Positions 8,542 to 17,583 are shown, counted from the stretch's first letter. The stretch is 32,000 nucleotides of DNA from Hyperthermus butylicus DSM 5456 (GCF_000015145.1 NC_008818.1:390001-422000), one strand, 5' to 3'. Notes: a model not told the origin generated them from the letters alone. A program made the numbers and translations.

Positions 8542-9960
8542 CTACTCGCGACCTCCCACGGTCATCTTCTTAACGCGTGCGTGGGGGCCGCCGTCGGATA
8601 CGTATACTAGCTGGCCCTTACCACAGCGACCATAGAACACCTTGAAGTCCTTCGCTACAGCATCAATGTTCATTAATGTTTCCAATGTGTTACCAGCTAT
8701 GCTGAGGTTGCGCACTGGTTCGCCAACCTCACCGTTTACTATCTCGTACGCTTCCTCGATGCCCACCTGGAAACTTCCATCCATGTTTGTCTGGCCGCCA
8801 GAAGTTGCAACAACGTAGTAGCCAAATCTTATCCCCTCAAACACCTCTTCAACGCTATGGTCTCCTGGTAGGAGCACAGTATTCCTCATACGTACAAGTG
8901 GCGCATGTCGGAATGATTCTGCCCTAGCATTACCCGTGGGATTCTCATTCAACATTGCAGCATGGACACGATCCGTCATGACTTGCTTGTGTATCCCTCT
9001 CTCGACTATCACTGCACGCGCCGTCCTCACGCCCTCATCGTCGTATTTTATCGTGCCGAAACCATCCTCTATAGTTGGATCATCAACTATTGTCACTAGC
9101 TCCGAGGCCACTTTCTCTCCCTTCTTGCCCTGAAGCGCGCTACCCGCAACAACAAGATCGGCCTCAGCAAGGTGGCCAAATGCCTCGTGGACAAAGACAC
9201 CAAGGGCTTCTGGTGCTAATACTACTGGGAAGTTGCCAGCCTTGGGCGTCTTGGCTTTGAACTGGTTTGTGAGCCTCTTGAGTAGCTGTTGGGCCAGCTG
9301 TTCCTGGCTAGTCTTCTCCCAGACATAGTACCCCTTTATCGTCCCCTGGGTTACATGAGCTGCAGCACGCACCCCGGCCTCGACACCGAATGCCGAGGCA
9401 TAAACATATACTAGCTCTCTCTTCTCGCCCAGCACGCGGTCCTCGGTACTTGCATAGTAGCGCTCCTCGACCCTCTCTACGTAGACCACTCTGCGCGACT
9501 TTACCTGAGGCGCCGATGCAATAGCCTTGTCGAGCTCCAGCACATCGGATAGCTTGGCGTCAATTGGTACGTCAACAATACTCCTCTTAACCGGAGCCTC
9601 ATAGTAGTCTTCAACCGCTTCAAACGTTAGGGGTTTGGATAGCTTCTCCCGGTGCGCTGAGGCCATGGAGTAGGCTTGCTCTAGGGCTCGCCTTAACGAA
9701 TCTACTGTAACCCTGGTTGTAAACGCGAACCCCATCACACCGTTTACGAATACACGAACAGCCGCACCATAGTCTATGCCCGATGAAATCTTGACTGTGC
9801 CGTTCTCGACGTCTATTCTGGTGAACTGAATTCTCTCAACACGGATGTCGGCAAGATCTATGTGCCACCCGCTAGTGAATCCCAGCGCCTTTACGAGAAT
9901 GTCGCGTATATCGTCTAGCAAACCTATCCAGACCCCTTTAACAGTGGTTGGGAGGACCAT
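8542..9960 (-). CDS. tldD: TldD metalloprotease family protein
   Basis: HEAFGHLAEADL (HExxxH), VTIVDDPTIEDGFGTIKYDDEGVRTARAVIVERGI, NPTGNARAESFRHAPLVRMRNTVLLPG. Confidence 0.92.
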   Translation of the reverse strand: MVLPTTVKGVWIGLLDDIRDILVKALGFTSGWHIDLADIRVERIQFTRIDVENGTVKISSGIDYGAAVRVFVNGVMGFAFTTRVTVDSLRRALEQAYSMASAHREKLSKPLTFEAVEDYYEAPVKRSIVDVPIDAKLSDVLELDKAIASAPQVKSRRVVYVERVEERYYASTEDRVLGEKRELVYVYASAFGVEAGVRAAAHVTQGTIKGYYVWEKTSQEQLAQQLLKRLTNQFKAKTPKAGNFPVVLAPEALGVFVHEAFGHLAEADLVVAGSALQGKKGEKVASELVTIVDDPTIEDGFGTIKYDDEGVRTARAVIVERGIHKQVMTDRVHAAMLNENPTGNARAESFRHAPLVRMRNTVLLPGDHSVEEVFEGIRFGYYVVATSGGQTNMDGSFQVGIEEAYEIVNGEVGEPVRNLSIAGNTLETLMNIDAVAKDFKVFYGRCGKGQLVYVSDGGPHARVKKMTVGGRE

Positions 9961-10041
9961 TAGTTTTGTCAGCGTTCCTGGGGGTATTTATAAGAGCCTC
10001 TTACATTAACACACTGCTACCCGCGAAAGCCTAAGAAGGTC

Positions 10042-11490
10042 ATGGGCGTGATGTTGGTGCCGTGTGGAGCCTGGTGGTGTAGCCCTCTACGCGGCCGATT
10101 TACGAGAGAACTACCGCTAGCCGTTGAGGGGCCTGGCGGTCCCGCGCCAGAGACGCCCCTGGCAACATACGCTATTATAGCTATTAACGTACTCGTCTAC
10201 CTCGTAACTTCCGCTCCGACAGGATTCTGGCAGACAACCGATGAATGGGTCTCCAGGCTAGGCTTTGTCCCAGCAGCACTCCTCGCTACACCCCCATCAG
10301 AGTTCCCCAGGATACTAACAGCGATGTTTACCCATGCAAACCTCATACACATATTCTTCAACATGTACTTCCTCTACCTCTTCGGCCGCGCCGTGGAGAA
10401 GACCCTCGGACACTGGAGGTACCTAGCACTATACCTTGTAAGCGGCATCGTAGCAGCTGTCTTCCACACAGTGTTCATGTACGTGGTGAATCCGGCTGGC
10501 CTAGCAATACCCAGCGTAGGCGCCAGCGGCGCTATAAGCGGGGTCCTCGGGGCATACATGCTGCTATATCCGGGTACAAGGCTCACCGCATGCTTCTTCC
10601 TTGGCTTCATACCGTTCTGCTTTGCACTACCAGCAGTCTACTACCTGCTCTTCTGGTTTGCAATGCAGGTCTACATGGGTTACACTCTTGCCGCAAGTGC
10701 TGTAGCATTCTTTGCCCACGCGGGAGGCTTCGTATCTGGCATGGCCATCTTGCCACTCGTAGCTAGTAGGACTAGGATACTGTTGCTACGCATGCAGGCT
10801 GCTACGAGGAGCTTGTTTGGCCTGATAGTATTCTACTCGCCCTTCTTCTATCGTGGCCGTGAGCTAAACCCTCTGGTCAAGAGTGTCCTGGCGATGCTTA
10901 TACTTATGCTGCTAGCAGGCTCGGCATACGCTATAGTTGATGCAAGAACCGAGGACAGCTATGTTGCAAGCTACCAGGTTAGGGCTAAGCTTAAGCTCGG
11001 CGATGAAGCCTATAGCCTTGTAGACAGTTTCTTCATAAGAATCTACGGTGGAAAGGGTACGCTAATGCTAAAGGCTACCCTAACAAGCTACGGGACTGCA
11101 ATTGCTGAGATCCTGGCACGCAACAATCTAGTCTATAACCCATCTCTAGCAAACCAAGAACTAGTACTAGACAAGGGGCTCATCGGCATCGATATACGCC
11201 AAATACTGGGCTACAACATTGTCTCGGTTAGTATACAACCAAAACATTTCCACGGAGTATACAACAAGGATGGCTACCTTGAAAAGGGCGAATTATACGC
11301 AAGTCTAGCGTATAGAAGGCTCATAGGCTCAATGATTATTGGAGAGCTAGCTGCTACTATAGGTCTTGCTGGAGCTGGAGCTGTAGGGCCAGCTATCCTC
11401 GCGCTGGCTATAGCTTCTCTAGCCATGCTGGCTACAAGCCTCTACACAGTGTTATTCCTTGATAGGGAGCTAGTGATAACCCCCGAGTAA
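10042..11490 (+). CDS. Rhomboid family intramembrane serine protease with C-terminal extension
   Basis: Multiple TM segments, RILTAMFTHANLIHIFFNMYFLYLFG, catalytic-Ser motif PSVGASGAISGVLGAYMLLYP, and FFAHAGGFVSGM (catalytic His). AAGGT ribosome-binding sequence and TATA-like TTTATAAG upstream. Confidence 0.88.
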   Translation: MGVMLVPCGAWWCSPLRGRFTRELPLAVEGPGGPAPETPLATYAIIAINVLVYLVTSAPTGFWQTTDEWVSRLGFVPAALLATPPSEFPRILTAMFTHANLIHIFFNMYFLYLFGRAVEKTLGHWRYLALYLVSGIVAAVFHTVFMYVVNPAGLAIPSVGASGAISGVLGAYMLLYPGTRLTACFFLGFIPFCFALPAVYYLLFWFAMQVYMGYTLAASAVAFFAHAGGFVSGMAILPLVASRTRILLLRMQAATRSLFGLIVFYSPFFYRGRELNPLVKSVLAMLILMLLAGSAYAIVDARTEDSYVASYQVRAKLKLGDEAYSLVDSFFIRIYGGKGTLMLKATLTSYGTAIAEILARNNLVYNPSLANQELVLDKGLIGIDIRQILGYNIVSVSIQPKHFHGVYNKDGYLEKGELYASLAYRRLIGSMIIGELAATIGLAGAGAVGPAILALAIASLAMLATSLYTVLFLDRELVITPE

Positions 11491-11507
11491 CACTAGCACA
11501 AAATACT

Positions 11508-11578
11508 GGAGTGATGAGGGCCGTGAACCCTTACCGCCGCCTAGGGCCGGGATGGGGAGGTGTTTCAAGGCTGACTCT
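11508..11578 (+). ncRNA. Candidate C/D-box sRNA guiding LSU rRNA 2'-O-methylation
   Basis: Box C GTGATGA (11511-11517), D'-like CTTA (11530-11533), C'-like ATGGGGA (11552-11558), 12-nt guide GGTGTTTCAAGG (11559-11570), box D CTGA (11571-11574). Flanking GGAG/CTCT can form a terminal stem with one G-U. Guide GTGTTTCAAG is the exact reverse complement of LSU rRNA CUUGAAACAC (recalled conserved sequence). Confidence 0.55.
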
Positions 11579-11870
11579 TCTCTTGCTCCTCCTTCTTTAG
11601 CTCTTGTTCAAGTTTCTTGAGTTCCTCCTCTATCTCCTTCTCGATCTCCTCAATGGGTTTTGGCGGCGGTGTTGTTGCTAGCGTATAGCCTATCCAGGCC
11701 AAGATGCCCATGACTGCTGCTACAGCAATGAACACCGTCACTTTTACAAGCGTATAGTCTAGATCACTTTTCCCAAGCAGGTCAGGCTTAAAGAGTGCTA
11801 TAGCATAGAACACTATGACGCCCAGGCTTACGAGGAGCATTCCAATACCTACAACCTGATCGCGACGCAA
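11565..11870 (-). CDS. Small two-TM membrane protein with charged C-terminal tail (KPIEEIEKEIEEELKKLEQELKKEEQ)
   Basis: 101 aa with two hydrophobic segments and a Glu/Lys-rich coiled-coil-like tail. Minus-strand TATA-like CTTAAATACC about 40 nt upstream. Confidence 0.65.
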   Translation of the reverse strand: MRRDQVVGIGMLLVSLGVIVFYAIALFKPDLLGKSDLDYTLVKVTVFIAVAAVMGILAWIGYTLATTPPPKPIEEIEKEIEEELKKLEQELKKEEQEKSQP

Positions 11871-11896
11871 GGACCACAGCCCGTTCTGGTTAGCCT

Positions 11897-12724
11897 CTAC
11901 GCCTGGTATTTAAGATAAAGCTGGGATATTACTGTGGTCGCTATCCTCGCCTTTACAGCGCAGAGCCTCGGCGACCCATTACAGTCCACTTCCGCTACAT
12001 GATAGCGGGCAGTTACGATACTCTCAAGACTTGCTATGCCCTCCCAGTCTATGGTCCCGGTTCCCGGCAGTTCGTGCTTGTCCTCTCTGCCATCGTTATC
12101 GTGGATGTGTATGCATATAGGCTCTACGCCCTCCAGCTCCTCTCCTATCCTCTGTGGAGTGTAGCCGTTGATATTTGCATGACCTACATCAATGCAGACT
12201 GAAAGCCTTTGACTACCAACACTCCTCGCTAGGGAAGTTATTGCCGCTATGCTATTCCACGGCTTTCTACGCTCTGCATTCTCTATAGCAACTATGGAGA
12301 GGCCCTCGTGCTCCGAGTAGTCTGCCAGTAATGCAAAGAACTTCTTGTTCAGCCATACTACCCTCGACTCGCCAACGCGCTGGGCTGAAAATGGGTGAAA
12401 TACAACTACATCGACACCGTAGCTGTAGGCCATGTCTAGAAGTATTCTTGCCTCCTCAACCGCGTACTCTATGTTCTTACCGAGCATTATGAGATAATAT
12501 TCTTCCCAGGGCGCGTGTAGCGTTAGGGGTTTTACTCCAAGTCTACTAGCCTCTTGGAGGGCTGCACGGAAGTAGCTATATGCTGAAGGGTAGTCTATGT
12601 CAAACCTCTCTATGTTGTTATAGCTCACATCTACAGAGTCAAAGCCAGCCTCGTATAGTATGCGTATGCTTTCCGGCAGCATAGCCGGGATAGTCCGTGT
12701 AGAGGCTAGTACCAGCATTTCCAT
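11897..12724 (-). CDS. Sugar phosphate isomerase/epimerase-like (xylose isomerase-like / AP-endonuclease family 2 TIM barrel)
   Basis: PLTLHAPWEEYY, DVVVFHPFSAQR, IAIENAERR, LSVCIDVGHANINGYTP, PICIHIHDNDGREDKHELPGTGTIDW. Confidence 0.85.
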   Translation of the reverse strand: MEMLVLASTRTIPAMLPESIRILYEAGFDSVDVSYNNIERFDIDYPSAYSYFRAALQEASRLGVKPLTLHAPWEEYYLIMLGKNIEYAVEEARILLDMAYSYGVDVVVFHPFSAQRVGESRVVWLNKKFFALLADYSEHEGLSIVAIENAERRKPWNSIAAITSLARSVGSQRLSVCIDVGHANINGYTPQRIGEELEGVEPICIHIHDNDGREDKHELPGTGTIDWEGIASLESIVTARYHVAEVDCNGSPRLCAVKARIATTVISQLYLKYQA

Positions 12725-12812
12725 GGCACCGGGCTCTTTAAGTCGATGCCGCCAGTATTATAGTGCTACCAGTTAGCATAGACCTGGCCCTCCAGGAGGT
12801 GCAGCCAAGAGT

Positions 12813-13718
12813 TTGCCAACTGCCACGCTAGAGCCGGGCGTGCCCAGCATTGTGATTGATAGAGGCTCTGTTTCTGTGCAGCATGTCCAGCCACTAGTGC
12901 CCCGTGGATGGGTATTACTACGTGTCAAGCTTGCACGATGGTGTAGCATTGACGGCTTTGCGGCTTGGTGGCCCCTTTCGCGGCAACGCATAGCTGGCTG
13001 CTCAGGCGCGGGCGTAGTAGCAGAGCATGGTGTGGATGCCGACACTGATTTGCCAGGTAGGCAGGTCGTCCTAGGAGGTTATAGCCCCGAGTACCTACCA
13101 CCTCTAAACGTTAATGGATGGCTTGCAGAGTACACCTCTGCCCCCTCTAGCCTACTCATACCCGTTGGTAGGCTTGAACCCCGGCTCGTCTTCTACCCCG
13201 ACGCCGTTACCGCTTGCAGTGTAGCTGAAGAACTAGAGGCTGCTGGACGTAGTGTACTAGTCTACGGCGCTGGTTTCTATGGGCTCTCAGCTGCGCATCT
13301 AGCACTTGACGCTGGCCTAGACGTGGATATTGTTACAAATGTGAAGGAAGCAACCCGTATAGCTCGGGAAATGGGAGCAAGGGTCTATACCAGGCCGCCC
13401 TCGGGTAGACACTACGATGCTATAGTACTGGCAGCTGCTAGCGCCAATGCCATAGGTGTTGTTGAGACCTATTCTCCGAGCCTAATCGTGCTACACCCCC
13501 TACATACCATTGCCTATAATGTACCCGTATCCCGGAGGAGACGGAAGTACATAATCCTTGTGGGCTGGATAGACGGCGAGGCACATAGAGGGAGTTGTGG
13601 CTGGAGGCTCTTGGATAGGGTTTGGAGGCTCGTAGGGGAATACGTGAGAGTGGTTGAGGGCTTGGAAAAACCACCGGAGACAGCTCCATGGCTGGGTCTA
13701 GTGTATAGGCTCGGCTAG
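12813..13718 (+). CDS. Divergent medium-chain alcohol dehydrogenase-like (MDR) protein
   Basis: GRSVLVYGAGFYGLSAAHLALDAGLDVDIVTNVKEATRIAREMGARVY Rossmann segment. N-terminal half LARWCSIDGF...IAGCSGAGVVAEHG resembles the MDR catalytic domain. Confidence 0.6.
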   Translation: MPTATLEPGVPSIVIDRGSVSVQHVQPLVPRGWVLLRVKLARWCSIDGFAAWWPLSRQRIAGCSGAGVVAEHGVDADTDLPGRQVVLGGYSPEYLPPLNVNGWLAEYTSAPSSLLIPVGRLEPRLVFYPDAVTACSVAEELEAAGRSVLVYGAGFYGLSAAHLALDAGLDVDIVTNVKEATRIAREMGARVYTRPPSGRHYDAIVLAAASANAIGVVETYSPSLIVLHPLHTIAYNVPVSRRRRKYIILVGWIDGEAHRGSCGWRLLDRVWRLVGEYVRVVEGLEKPPETAPWLGLVYRLG

Positions 13719-14983
13719 AGCATCTCCTTTATGGTCTTTGCTAGTCTCTTAATACCCTCTTCTATCTCTTCCGGCGATGGATAGCTGAAGTTTAGCCTCA
13801 TTGTGTTCTTGCCGCCGCCGTTGGGGAAGAATGAGTCTCCAGGCACGAATACTACACCATTCTCTATCGCCTTATTTAGCAGCTTCCTAGCATTAATCTT
13901 CTCTGGCAGCCATACCCAGATGAAGAGGCCACCTATAGGCTTGGTCCACTTAACGCCTTCAGGCATGTACTGCTCAAGTGCCCTCAACATTGCATCACGC
14001 TTCTCCTTGTAGATCCTCTTTATCTTCGGTATGTTTCTGTCTATGATGCCCCGCTTTAGTATCTCGGCGGCAATGTACTGGGTTAGCGTGGGTGTATGTA
14101 GGTCCATGCCCTGCTTTACAAGCTCCATCTTGGCTACTATTGGCTCTGGGCCTATGGCCCAGCCAAGCCTTATGCCTGGAGCTAGTATCTTGCTGAGGGT
14201 GCTCAGATAGATGACCCTGCCAGACTCGTCCATAGCTTTTAGCGGCTTTACCTCGCGTTCCTCAAAGGTTATGTAGCTGTATGGGTCATCCTCTATCACT
14301 AGTATGTTGTACTGCTCTGCTAGCTCGAGGAGGTGCTTTCGCCTCTCCATGGGCATCGTTGTTCCTGCAGGATTGTGACATGTCGGAATAGTGTATATGT
14401 ACTTGATTTTTATGCCCTCGCTTACCGCCTCCTTGAGCACCTCTTCCAACTTATCGGTTCTCATACCATCCTCGTCTATTGGCACGGTGAGGAAGCGTAC
14501 ACCACTGCTCCGGAAGGCCTGGATGGCGCCAAGGTATGTTGGTTCCTCGGTTACAATGTAATCTCCAGGGTTTGCAAGTGTCTTGCCAACAAGGTATAGG
14601 GATTGCTGGCTACCAACAGTGGCTATTATCCCCTCATTCTCTCTCACAGGTATGCCATTCATCTTAGAGAACTCTCTAACAGCTTCTAGGAAGTATGCTG
14701 AGCCCCTGGTGGGACCGTACTGTAGCGCCTTCTCTCCATGCTTGATTATTACCTCCATTGCTATCTGTGCTATCTCCTCTTTGGGGAAGGTATTGGGGTC
14801 AGGTAGGCCACCAGCGAAGCTTATAACACCACCACGCTCTACTACTTTAAGGAGTTCGCGTATGTCTGAAGCCCTGACACTCTTTGCATAATCGGAGAGG
14901 AACCTGTCATAATCGATCATTATACACCAGCCATTATTTTGGGTTGCGGAATAAAAGGTAATATGGATTACGTAGCCATACAC
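13715..14983 (-). CDS. PLP-dependent aminotransferase class I/II (2-aminoadipate aminotransferase-like); start likely internal at about 14920
   Basis: VISFAGGLPDPNTFP, TYLGAIQAFRSSGVRFLTVPIDEDGM, YTIPTCHNPAGTTM, LVIEDDPYSYITF, YLSTLSKILAPGIRLGW (PLP lysine), FSYPSPEEIEEGI. Confidence 0.92.
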   Translation of the reverse strand: MYGYVIHITFYSATQNNGWCIMIDYDRFLSDYAKSVRASDIRELLKVVERGGVISFAGGLPDPNTFPKEEIAQIAMEVIIKHGEKALQYGPTRGSAYFLEAVREFSKMNGIPVRENEGIIATVGSQQSLYLVGKTLANPGDYIVTEEPTYLGAIQAFRSSGVRFLTVPIDEDGMRTDKLEEVLKEAVSEGIKIKYIYTIPTCHNPAGTTMPMERRKHLLELAEQYNILVIEDDPYSYITFEEREVKPLKAMDESGRVIYLSTLSKILAPGIRLGWAIGPEPIVAKMELVKQGMDLHTPTLTQYIAAEILKRGIIDRNIPKIKRIYKEKRDAMLRALEQYMPEGVKWTKPIGGLFIWVWLPEKINARKLLNKAIENGVVFVPGDSFFPNGGGKNTMRLNFSYPSPEEIEEGIKRLAKTIKEML

Positions 14984-15031
14984 TTCGCATATTAGCAGAA
15001 CCTACTAGAAATATCCCAACTAAGCTATGCG

Positions 15032-15790
15032 GTGATGATAGAAGTGTGGGTCAGAGAGCTGGAGACCATACTGGAGGCTACGAGGCAGCTTCTAGAGGCC
15101 ATAGCACAAGGCGAATACTGCTGCCTTCACCACGGCCTACCCTATGTCACCCCGGGACTCTTAGCTAACCAAGCATTCTGCGAGATGAGGCTAGAGCTTG
15201 GCTTCTTGAGCGGCGAGGTAGAAGCGCCCCGAAAACCAAGCGATGCCCGGGTGCTCGTTGAGGCAGTCCTCCAAGCCAGGAGACTATTACCACGCAAGCT
15301 TGTTGAAAGACTCGCTCTTAGCACACCCGTGGCAGCTCTTCTGCAAAACGTGCCGGTCATAGGTAGACCCCACGCCATACTACTCGCTCACGGCAGGGTT
15401 GAGGCCATAGTTATAGGCAAGATTACTAGTAGGCCATCACGCCTCTACCACAGCGACCGGGTAAAGCTATACGCTTATGCACAGCTCCTAGAAGCTGCAG
15501 GGTTTAGGCTTACACCAGGAACAAAGCTCGTCCTCGCAGCTGCACATAGTCCTAGAGAGCTAGCTGAAGCCCTCAAGGTACTCGAGAACGAGATAAAGCC
15601 GGCATCCCTCGGCAACAGCTACATCCACGTCCTAGCGCACGACCCTGCAGCGGAGGAGGAGCTTCTCGCTCCCCTACTCGCTTATTGGCGCGGCGAGAAA
15701 CCTGCCCAGCCCAGGCCAGGGCCGTGGTGCTCAACATGCCCTTATCGCAGCAAGTGTCCCGCTAATATGGCTCACCAAGCTCTGAGATAA
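15032..15790 (+). CDS. Cas4-like PD-(D/E)XK superfamily Fe-S protein, stand-alone, active-site motifs degenerate
   Basis: N-terminal Cys in ANQAFCEMRLELGFL, C-terminal WCSTCPYRSKCP (CxxCx5C), and core NVPVIGRPHAILLAHGRVEAIVIGKI...YHSDRVKLYAYAQLLEAAG aligning with Cas4 motifs. Confidence 0.65.
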   Translation: MMIEVWVRELETILEATRQLLEAIAQGEYCCLHHGLPYVTPGLLANQAFCEMRLELGFLSGEVEAPRKPSDARVLVEAVLQARRLLPRKLVERLALSTPVAALLQNVPVIGRPHAILLAHGRVEAIVIGKITSRPSRLYHSDRVKLYAYAQLLEAAGFRLTPGTKLVLAAAHSPRELAEALKVLENEIKPASLGNSYIHVLAHDPAAEEELLAPLLAYWRGEKPAQPRPGPWCSTCPYRSKCPANMAHQALR

Positions 15791-16244
15791 CGATATCCAG
15801 TATACGGTTGAACGCTATAGAGTAGACTATCGAGTGGAGCCCAAATGTTATCAGGTTGAGAAACACGTCGATCAGTGTCGGCGAGAGCTTGCCTCTCAAG
15901 CTCCCACAATGTGAGGCAAGACTTAGAACCATGTAGAGCGCTATAGGGTAACCCAAGGGTAATAGAGCAGCAATAAACGATATCGGATCGATCCTGCCGA
16001 GACCACAGGACCCAGCCAAGCCACGTGCTATCTGATAGAGAGTATGCATGGATGCTAGGAGAACTGGAAGTGCAGCAACATATAAGGCTAGGAAAATCTT
16101 CTCCACATACTCCACTGGTATACCAATATTGAGGAAAAGGACTGGTATAAGAGTAACCAAGCCTGAGACGATACCTCCCGCAGCAACACCCAGCCTTGAA
16201 GCACCCAGCACCAGGCTCCTCTTCACAACAACATCACTAGCCAA
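15762..16244 (-). CDS. Hypothetical multi-TM membrane protein, 160 aa
   Basis: At least four hydrophobic segments (GGIVSGLVTLIPVLFLNIGI, IFLALYVAALPVLLASM, FIAALLPLGYPIALYMVL, LNLITFGLHSIVYSI). Converges on the Cas4-like gene. Confidence 0.65.
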   Translation of the reverse strand: MASDVVVKRSLVLGASRLGVAAGGIVSGLVTLIPVLFLNIGIPVEYVEKIFLALYVAALPVLLASMHTLYQIARGLAGSCGLGRIDPISFIAALLPLGYPIALYMVLSLASHCGSLRGKLSPTLIDVFLNLITFGLHSIVYSIAFNRILDIVISELGEPY

Positions 16245-16343
16245 GCAATACCCACCACGCTACCAAAACCAGAGCTTCCGGAAGCACACATAGGGTGGAA
16301 AGGGGTAAAACACTAGCCGCTCACCCTCCTCCAGCCCTAGGGG

Positions 16344-16598
16344 CTATGAGGAGATCATGGACATCTGCAGCCCCACGCTGAGCAGGGCTATGGAGGAAAA
16401 AGAGCTTGGGTGATGATGGAAGAGCCACCGAGCCACAAACACGTCTACAAGATCGGCCCCACATGCCCCAGCCACACTGCATCCTTCTACATCACATCCT
16501 AACATTATTCCTCTGGAAACTAGCGACTCTACAATTGCCTCATAGAGCTTGCAGAGTAGATTATGTAAACGTTCTTGCGCACAGCAACAGCTCGACAT
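16344..16598 (-). CDS. Possible small Cys-rich protein, 84 aa
   Basis: Only substantial frame in the 16245-16785 gap. GGTGAT ribosome-binding-like sequence about 10 nt upstream of ATG. Contains SSCCCAQ...CDVEGCSVAGACG. Confidence 0.25.
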   Translation of the reverse strand: MSSCCCAQERLHNLLCKLYEAIVESLVSRGIMLGCDVEGCSVAGACGADLVDVFVARWLFHHHPSSFSSIALLSVGLQMSMISS

Positions 16599-16785
16599 AC
16601 AGATAGGATCACCACACGCCTTCCCATCCTCCAGTAGTCTCCTGCTTTGCTACGAGCAGCTAGTTCTCGAAAAAGACCACAAAACTCATAGAGGTGTATA
16701 TGCCTTCATGGGGTATAGAGGCTAGGACATGACTATGAGTGTGACCCGTATATGGGTTGTACATCTAAAAATGAAGAAGGGATTT

Positions 16786-17583
16786 CTAGCTCTCTTCACT
16801 GCTAACTGTCTCCTCATAGACGCCACGTCTTGTTACGCGTAGGACTTTGTTTGCATAGATTATTATGCCCTTATCTGTTATCTCGAATGGATGCCTTCTC
16901 ATACTGTGCTTTGTGCCCCTCATCTTCCAGATTATTAGGCTCCTCTTCAACTCACCGTCGATCTCGTCGAGGTCTAGCCTTATGATACCATCTGCTGCGT
17001 GCTCTACGCCCGGACCACCGAATCCTCTCTCGGTGACGGATACCTGGCTTACGAGGAAGCTTGTGGTGCCGAGGCCGCTTAGAACACGCTTGAGCATCAT
17101 TACTACGCTCCTAGCTACGCTGGGTTTTGTTAGATAGAGCGTGGAGACGGAATCTATTACTACGCGCTGGGCGCCAGTATCCCTTATAGCCTCCTTTAGA
17201 ACGTCGATGAGGAGACCCACATCCGTTGGATCGCGGACTACGTAGCGCTCTCTCTTTGCAGTCTCACCTATGCCGCCGGTAAACGCATCCACTATAGCGA
17301 AGGTACCCTCGCGCTCATATGGTCTTACATCCCAACCGAACTGGGCCATGTTGATTCTAACCTGTACTGGATGCTCCTCTAGTGCCACGTAGACACCTGG
17401 CTCACCCATCTGCAGGCCGTTCCATAGGTACTGCTGGCTCATAATGGTCTTGCCGGTGCCGGGCCCGCCGCTGAGCAATACCACGTTCCTCCTAGGTATA
17501 CCACCATTTAGTATCTCGTCTAGGCCCGGTATACCAGTCTTCACACGCTCTATGGGCATATACTTGTCACCTCCTCCACTCAC
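16786..17583 (-). CDS. KaiC-like RecA-superfamily ATPase (single domain)
   Basis: [43 protein letters not shown] (Walker A), [13 protein letters not shown] (Walker B), [18 protein letters not shown]. Confidence 0.92.
   Translation of the reverse strand: MSGGGDKYMPIERVKTGIPGLDEILNGGIPRRNVVLLSGGPGTGKTIMSQQYLWNGLQMGEPGVYVALEEHPVQVRINMAQFGWDVRPYEREGTFAIVDAFTGGIGETAKRERYVVRDPTDVGLLIDVLKEAIRDTGAQRVVIDSVSTLYLTKPSVARSVVMMLKRVLSGLGTTSFLVSQVSVTERGFGGPGVEHAADGIIRLDLDEIDGELKRSLIIWKMRGTKHSMRRHPFEITDKGIIIYANKVLRVTRRGVYEETVSSEES

Noticed and set aside
10245-10766. 173-aa overlapping ORF inside the rhomboid gene
   Set aside because: Alternative frame of a well-supported membrane protease gene. Composition is Arg/Pro/His/Ser-rich, as expected for antiframe translation.
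15032-15790. A CRISPR-Cas locus implied by the Cas4-like gene
   Set aside because: No direct-repeat array and no other cas genes within the window. Cas4-like proteins commonly occur alone in archaea.
16410-16416. GTGATGA box C-like sequence
   Set aside because: No CTGA at an appropriate distance downstream and no C'/D' pair.
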